A stretch of DNA of 64,000 bases from Felis catus (Eukaryota), in assembly GCF_018350175.1 (NCBI RefSeq), contig NC_058368.1, positions 151,282,001 through 151,346,000 on the forward strand, in the 5' to 3' direction. The notes under the pieces are model-generated. The model was not told the DNA's origin and searched no databases. It saw nothing but the letters and a program-made list of their open reading frames with translations. Made by a program: the position numbers and the translations under genes. Within the stretch, counting starts at the first letter, position 1. Each line of letters begins with the position of its first letter. This document shows positions 56,588 to 64,000 of the stretch, in pieces.

Positions 56588-56795
56588 GGGGTGCCTGAGT
56601 AGCTCAGTTGGTTAAGTATCTGACGATTTCGGCTCAGGTCATGATCTCTCCACTCATGGATTGAGCCCGCGGCTGAAATCACAGAGCCTGCTCAGGATCC
56701 AATCTCTCTCTCCTTTCCCTGCTTGTGCTCTCTCTCTCTCTCTTCTCTGTCACTCCCAAAATAAGTAAATAAATATTAAAAAATAAAATAAACTG
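56588..56795 (+). mobile_element. Can-SINE (older, internally deleted)
   Basis: TSD aaataggaacag at 56575-56586 and 56796-56807. Confidence 0.92.
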
Positions 56796-59166
56796 AAATA
56801 GGAACAGCAATAAGATACCAAGTGATAAGAGACAGTATGATCTCCTGGGTCTCACCTACCTTAAATTCTGCCCTTTAAAAAATTATGTTTGGATATTTGC
56901 TATTTCATCTTATTTATAATTTTGAGAAGTATTTATCATCCATAACTCATTACAGAAGTCCTTTTAAAATGTGGATAAATCAGTTTCTTTTCAACAAATA
57001 CTTAGGATGGTTAATAAACAATTTGCTATTACTTTTATTTTTATTTGTGCTAGTATGAAGAATCCTTAGGAGATCTTTGAAAAATTATTTTCATCTAGAG
57101 ATAACAATGTAGAAGAGTAAATTGTTTGGCAAGCTATTTGAAGCATATGGGCAGAGATACAAGTATTTACTGCATTTGTAAGTTTCATTATGACTCTATA
57201 AAATGCAGCATCATTTGTCAGTAAATCAAAGCTTATAAAAGTGGCAATTGTAAATGCAGTTGGTTGCAATATCAAGAGAATGGGGATTAGGAGTGTAACT
57301 GAAATTCCTTTTATGATAAATTATCTAGCTCCTGGCTACCGTGTATGAGCTCTATTAACTGCCTATAAATTGTTCATCATAAAATCTAGTTCATTCTTGT
57401 TAATTAGGCCAAAGCTTTTATGAAGATTTTTTTCTCCTCTCTCTGAAAGCCTAGGCTGACAGGAGAGTAGCTACACCAGAATACTGAGAAAGAAAGGGCC
57501 CTTCTGCTAAGCATGATGCTATGTTCCTTAAAAACTGATAATTAAAAAAGAAATTCCTGAATCAAAATGACTCTGGCTTTTTAAGAGAGAAAATGGAATC
57601 ATTCTATTGTAGTCACAGAAGTTTAAAGACAGCCAAAATAATTGCATCTTCTAACTTCAAATTCTCTCAATCAATAACACGCAAGAAAGGAAGAGTGTAT
57701 GTATTAAAAGGACTAGATATACCCATTAGCAATGATTAATACAGAGCCAAGTTCCAGAAAGACAAATAGACATATCAATTTTTTTCTGGCACATCATTCC
57801 ACATCATTTTATTATGCATTTTTTCCCATGAAATTGAACTTTTATTCAAAATTATCTTTGAAGAAATCCATTTGTTGCTCACCTTCAATTTTTTTTTCTG
57901 TTGTGTTTTGCTTTTCGTGGCGCTCACATAAGTGATCAACTGGCAGTGAGTGTTATGTTTATATTATCTCATATTTTGCATTGCTAACTGGCTCCCTTGA
58001 TACCATTTAAGGTGCATCCCTAATCAGCTCTCACGTTTCACACTTGCAATCTCTGGATTTTATGAAGAGTAGACACGCTGTGCCCCAGTTCTGGACGCCA
58101 AAGTGGTTGTGACTTCAGGAAGTCCCAATAGTCAGAGCCACAGGCTGAGTCAAGCTATGTGATTGCTCCCCTGAGATGTAGTTAGCAAGCCTCTCTGACA
58201 GAGGCCAGAGGCAAGGAACAGTCAAAGACTAGAAAAGTCGAGTCTGTTTGCACACACTCCTGTGCTTAACACCCATTACGGTGCAATTAAGAATGGTCAG
58301 AAGCACTATTATATTTGGAAACCCCAAATAACAGCACAAGTTAGGGGAAAGGGGGAAAATCAGTTCAAACCAAGGAAAAGTAGTATTTATATATTTAAAA
58401 AAGGAGGATTTTTGCTTAAGTTACTGGTTTCCCTTGTAAATGCTAACATTAGCTAACAGTTAAAGAAATTGTAGAACAATTAGGTGAAGTGTGTTTAATT
58501 TCCAAGATCTTATGGGCACATTGAGTTTGTCTCACTCCTTTGCAGTTCACAGGACCCTAACTTTGTATTTTATCCTGGTCCAGCTTCAGGGTAATGTTGG
58601 TGGCTCTGTAAGACTGTGCTGCAGATAAGAGCTCATTTAAGTTCATTCTAAATTAGATGTTTAGGAAGACAATGCAGTTCTTTGCACTGAGTAATAGTAC
58701 CGGCTCTGCAGGGGGCTTTCTTGGATGGACTGTTGTTTGAATGAGTAACTTGAATATTAGGCTACTGTAATGCTCCAGGGGCCTTCCCGGTGAATGCCTT
58801 GGAGGGAATAAATTGCAACAGGCTCATTTTTTTTTTTAAATAATTGTAGAGATTGCTTAAGCTCACCTAACTCAGTTTTAATTGAAATATTTTTTTTTCC
58901 TTTTGAAAGACTAAAAAAAAAAGCCTTTAAACAAAGTATTCATTTTTACAAACTGTTTTAAAAACTCTTAACTAAAAACAAAAAACCATTCAGTTTTTAT
59001 TATTATCACCATCATCGTTATTTTTATTATAATCAAAATATTGAATTATGATGCATGGATAGTGGTCTTCGTTTTCATTGGATAATTGGGGTTGTTTCTA
59101 AGCCTCTCTTTAAGCTGTGAGTGGGCACACAGAAGTTAATAAATACCCGGTTTGGGAAGAGAAAGC

Positions 59167-59557
59167 TTATGGACTGAGTGTTTGTGTCCCTTCTCCGCTC
59201 CCAAATTTATAATTTGTATGTTGAAGCCCTAGCCCTGATATGATGATATTTGGAGGTTGGGCCTTAAGGATATAATTTGGTCCATATGAGGTCATGAAGG
59301 TGGAACTCCCATGATGGGATTAATCTCCTTATAAGAAGAGGAGGAGACACCAGAACTTCCTTTCTTGGCCACATGCTGATATAGCCAGATAGCAGCCTTC
59401 TGAAAGCCAGGAAGATGGCCCTCACCAAGAGCCAAATCTGGGAGCACATTGTTGTTGGACATCCCATCCTCCAGAAATGTGATGAATAAATGTCTGTTGT
59501 TTAAGCCACCCAGTCTATTTTTGTTATTGTTGTTATAGTAGCCTGAGCTGAAATACA
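59167..59557 (+). mobile_element. MaLR solo LTR (MLT1A-like)
   Basis: tatggactgagtgtttgtgtccc start; aataaatgtctgttgtttaagccacccagtcta ... gcctgagctgaaataca end. Confidence 0.88.
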
Positions 59558-59740
59558 CTTAAGACAAAATCTCTCAACCACAAGGAGCATAATGTAGCAA
59601 TGATGGAAACATGTAAAGGAAAAGAGCCTGGGCAAACAGGGGAAGAAGAATTGGGGAGAAGGCACCAGTGTTTTGTTTTGTTTTTTAAACTATTTTAGTC
59701 CCCAGATAACCCTCACTGCTTAGGCTCTTTTAGGCTTGCT

Positions 59741-59812
59741 CTTCCCTCCCTTCCTTCCTTCCTTCCTTCCTTCCTTCCTTCCTTCCTTCCTTCCTTCCTT
59801 CCTTCCTCTTTC

Positions 59813-59862
<50 letters not shown>

Positions 59863-59870
59863 TTTCCTTT
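59741..59870. repeat. Compound (CCTT)n(CTTT)n microsatellite
   Basis: Direct reading. Confidence 0.95.
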
Positions 59871-60515
59871 TTACTAGAACTAGCCAGGTGGCCTCACCTA
59901 AATGCAAGGAGACTGAGAAATGGACTCCCTGGCTCCATAACCACTCTGTAGCAGCAACTCTGCACTATAGACAGAGCACACATTTTGGTGGACAGCTGAT
60001 GGTCTGTAGCACAACATTTTGTGTGTTACTTTAAGCTGAGAAAATGATTTTTACAGCTATATACTCTTTGCATTCTAAGGGCACTTTTAAGTTATGAGCC
60101 AAATATTTTTAATGCCTAAACATTCAGTCAGTTCAGTTGACCCGCCAGGTAATTGAGTGGAGGCAATCTACTTGGTTGTTTGACTGAATTTACAATTACT
60201 GGGCTGAATGGAATGTTTACTTTGGTATAAAAAGTTTGTGCAATAGTCTTATATAGATATAATCACATTGCTGCCAGTGTAAAATTTGTCTTTGTCACTA
60301 TATTTATTTTTCTAGACACTGTCACCTTCTCTAATTTACTTTCCCGAATTCCTTGTAGAATGCTCCATTGTCCTAGGTTATTCAGAATGCTTCTTTCATA
60401 GCTTAGCTGAGAATATAGTGACCAGGTTTGTCTCAGCATTTTTTCAACACAAGCTAGTTTACATATTTTATTTTTGCTGTGAATACCAGATGAGGTCAAT
60501 CCTACAGATTCTTGG

Positions 60516-60749
60516 TTTTTTTTTTTTTTTAATTTTTTTTTCAACGTTTTTTAAATTTATTTTTGGGACAGAGAGAGACAGAGCATGAACTGGGGAGGGG
60601 CAGAGAGAGAGGGAGACACAGAATTGGAAACAGGCTCCAGGCTCCGAGCCATCAGCCCAGAGCCTGACGCGGGGCTCGAACTCATGGACCGCGAGATCAT
60701 GACCTGGCTGAAGTCGGACGCTTAACCGACTGTGCCACCCAGGCGCCCC
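60516..60749 (-). mobile_element. Young SINEC_Fc-type SINE
   Basis: Long T tail, CpG-rich body nearly identical to the 34196-34412 copy. Confidence 0.96.
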
Positions 60750-61074
60750 TCTCTTGTTTAAAAAAATAAAAATCTCTTTTAAAACCGTGTTGATGGTCAG
60801 ACTATTAAATATATTGAAAAGATGTCCTTAAAAACAAATTATATTTAAAAAGGTCTTTGTTACAGATTTTTTAAGGAAATTTTTAATTTTATCTCTATTT
60901 CTTAGGCTTTCAGTCTGTATTTTTCTAGCTTAGATTTTAGGGTGTTATCTCAGGCTTACATTAATGCCTAGCAATATGCTTTTATAAAGCCAGACTCAAT
61001 TTGGCAAACATCTCTACAGTTAGAGAAATTTGGAGTTGAACATTTAACATTGATTATGTACTTATATTTAAAAT

Positions 61075-61662
61075 TCAGGAATTCAATAAAATGATCCATT
61101 GACAAATATAATGAGTGCCTTTTCTGTAAAGGTTGCACAAAAAATGAGTGACTATCTCCAAGGAATTTACACTCTGGACCGAATCATAACATCTGGCACA
61201 GCAAAATTTCATAGAGAGGACAGGACATATGTAAAAAATGTTAACTAACAATCAGAGATAGCCCATAATAAGAGCCTAATGGGTAGAGTGGGAAATCAGC
61301 TGTGTAGGAGGTCAGGGGAGAGAGGGATCATCAAGGTCTGAAGCAACTAGGAAGGAAACGTAGATGGCATGAGTCTGTAGGACGGATCTAAACGGAAGAT
61401 GTTTAGATAAGTTGAAAGGTAAGGAGGTGGGCATCTCAAAAAGGGATACATGCAAATGAAACTGCAGAAGCTAGAATCCATGTAATGTTTTATTAAGTGA
61501 TAGTGAGTAGACTTTTCTACAGGAAACTTCAGCTTAGTGAATGAAAATAGTTTAAACGTTGGACAGATAGGTTGCTATCAAATTGTGGAGAGCTCTAAAT
61601 GTCAATTTGATAAGTATGGCCTTTATTTTATATTCACCAGGGAACCACTGGAGATTTTGAGA
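61075..61662 (-). mobile_element. L2 relic abutting the viral element
   Basis: gatccattgacaaatataatgagtgcc 3' end; agggaaccactggagattttgag resembles the L2 gggagccactgaag..ttttgag segment. Confidence 0.55.
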
Positions 61663-61675
61663 TGGTCTATTTATT

Positions 61676-64000
61676 GAGAGCAACTTGGATCCTAAATTTG
61701 TCACCAGCTCTGGATTTCTCTCCCAAGCCAGGATTGTGTGAAGTCATTACAATTTAAAGCATACTGTCGGTCGGTCATTCCCTGGACTCCAACTTCTGTT
61801 TCACCCCCAACATACAGAGTAGAGAAGAAATGAACGACTACAGGGAGATTGCTTTCTCCTACTTATCAAGACAGAGTGGTGTAGATTCACTTCTTTTGGG
61901 GGCATGTGTTCCAAGAAGAAGCAGATTTCCATTACAGACTTGAAACTGAGGTGTGTGAGGAGCACACAGATATCTTCCTTTGAACTTTGAAGGAGATCAT
62001 TTGCTGTTAACATAAAAATAAGACTATTCACAAATCATTAGCTCTGAAGAAAGATGACATCAACATTGTGAGGTACTCCGCCTGTTGGACAAATACAAAA
62101 AGAATCAATTGTGGCATACCTCTTGACTAAAGAGCATCAGTGAATAACTGCCTGCAGGGCTTGTTATATTTCTGAGTTGTATGTATGGTTTACAGTTGCG
62201 GCCATGTGGTAATTGCACCAAGTTGACCATATTAATAGTGAGTTTATCTACACCATCTGCTGTTATATTGACATCTACGTTTTTCAACATAGCACCCTAT
62301 TTTTGTTCGGTTATTTCTTCTTTTCCTTCTTCATTTCCAACCATCCCTACTGATATCTGCACCATTTCATGTTATCAAAAAAAGGAGGCTTTCAGTGGAG
62401 AAGTGATGGATGGCAGGGCTAAGTGACCAAAGAACTCAGTAGAAAAAAGTTGTAATTCATGGCCCCATACAACTGTAAAAAGGTGAGTCTTCGGGTAAGA
62501 AAGTATATGGAGTAAGCGTGAAAGAGACAGGAGGGTTTAAAAGAATCAAAGGAAATGGCTGACAGGATAGAGGAGAATGAGGACCATACATGTGTAGGAT
62601 AACGGCAGAACAGTTCAGAGATTAAGATGGCATTAATGTGATCATCAGAAAGATACTTCAAAGTTTTGGCAACACACTCCAACAGCAGTAACTCCAAGGA
62701 GCCTTCTGAAATCAGGAGCCAACAGGTGAGGTTTCCTTTAACTTTATTCTTGAATTGCAGTCAAGATTAACTTGTATAAGCCCCATTTTCTGATGTTTTA
62801 GTTTGTTTCCAAAGCGCTGTTCCTTCCAGTTCATTTTTTCACTTATCCTCACAAGGTAGCTGTGATAGCTTCTGAGCAAATCTCCTGGCACCCAACTCTT
62901 AGCTAATTCCATTAGAAAACACCGACTTTGTGTGTGAAAGGTGAAAAAAAATTCTATTAAATCGTTGCTAGATTTTTAGAACTATAGCTAAAGTTCAGGA
63001 AAGGCTTGGGGTTCCAAAGAGTAGAAAGATAGAGAAAAGAGCAAACGTATATATTCAGTATAAGCCAACAGAATTAACCTGGGCATTATTTGAGCTTTTG
63101 TTCCCTGAAGCCATGGATCAATGGTGCAGAAATAGACACTCACCTCTGACAAAGAAAAAGCATGGATACTGGCATGGGAGGGCATGGTTCCTTTTCTTTC
63201 AGCCCCAGATCAAATTTAAACCTGTGATTTTGGAGCTTACTCATCAGAGGAGAAATATCATGAGCTATTTGCTCTCTCTGCTGTAACACAGCTCTGGCAA
63301 GCCTGGAAGTTGTGTTGAGATCGTCAAATCTATAGTCAAGGACCATCTTTGTGAATCATGAAACCATATGCCACTGGTTGTCTGAATTGGAGGAAAAAAA
63401 CACCCCAAAACAAAAAAACCCAACTCTACACCAACGAAACTAGTGATGTGCTTAGACAGTGCCAAGGGCCATTTGACCATCTTACACCTTCTCAATCTAT
63501 GCATTTAAAAAATTTGTTGCTACTGCCTGAACCATGTAAAATACCAGAACTCCTGTAGTGCTAACAAGGAATAAAGATCTTGCACCAGATGGTGCCTCTT
63601 GTCTCCATCTATCTCTAGCCCAAACAATCTGCCAGAGTTTTGAAGAAAAATACGATGTGATCATGTTGCAAAGTATATGAAGAAACAGTATGAAAAGTAA
63701 TCTGGCTCAAGCATTGGAATCCAGAAAGAAGGAGATTATTATGACTGTGAGCCTATGGATGAGAGGGTATTGTTATCCCTGAATTTTAGTCCTTAAGACA
63801 AATGGTATACCTGGGCACAGCTGGAAGGTGAGTATCTCACCGAGATGTCTCTTAGCATCTCTGCAACATATTGACATCAGTGAATATAGTCAAAATTTCA
63901 GAAATTCATCTGGATATTTTTTATATATAACATAAAATGAACAGTTTGATGACTTTTATAAAATTGGGTATAAGGGATAGTACACAGAAGAACTTCATTT
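61676..64000 (-). pseudogene. Endogenous viral element: decayed bornavirus-like (Mononegavirales) L polymerase, C-terminal part (EBLL-like); truncated by window end
   Basis: Minus-strand translation gives, in order: IQG*QYPLIHRL (63784-63749; BoDV L 'IQGGTLTHRL', PRNTase HR motif), LSGFQCLSQITFHTVSSYTLQHDHIVFFFKTL (63728-63633; cf. 'LTGYVNILSTWLRF...DDYTIHFQHV'), IEKV*DGQMAL (~63496; cf. 'FEKIDSEEFVL'), FVGVEL (~63438; cf. 'YRGAEW') and HASIHAFSLSEV (63176-63141; cf. 'WANLERFSVSDM'). A run of minus-strand ORF fragments follows, with no recognisable host repeat over 2.3 kb. The reference sequence was recalled from memory, not searched. Confidence 0.72.

Noticed and set aside
751..60749. tRNA genes
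   Set aside because: tRNA-like A/B boxes all belong to Can-SINE heads
61700..64000. Alternative reading as a host processed pseudogene or single-exon gene
   Set aside because: No host protein recognised in any frame, whereas five ordered blocks match viral L; not formally excluded without a search

Overview
AT-rich mammalian genomic DNA from a felid, very probably domestic cat, judging by about 21 tRNA-derived Can-SINEs that include young SINEC_Fc-type copies. It looks intergenic or deep-intronic. I find no convincing host protein-coding gene: the short ORFs in the track are mostly SINE, L1, L2 or microsatellite read-throughs. The window also holds old L1, L2, MIR and MaLR (MLT1) relics and several repeat-free blocks rich in homeodomain or octamer motifs that look like enhancers. 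The main observation is the last ~2.3 kb (about 61680-64000, minus strand, running off the window end). Translated across stops and frameshifts, it gives colinear matches to the capping (PRNTase) and downstream region of a mononegavirus L polymerase, closest to bornavirus L as I recall that sequence. It is therefore probably a decayed endogenous bornavirus-like L element (EBLL), apparently inserted into or next to an L2 relic. The alignment was done by eye from memory and needs a tBLASTn/HMM check. Repeat boundaries are approximate unless a TSD is given.
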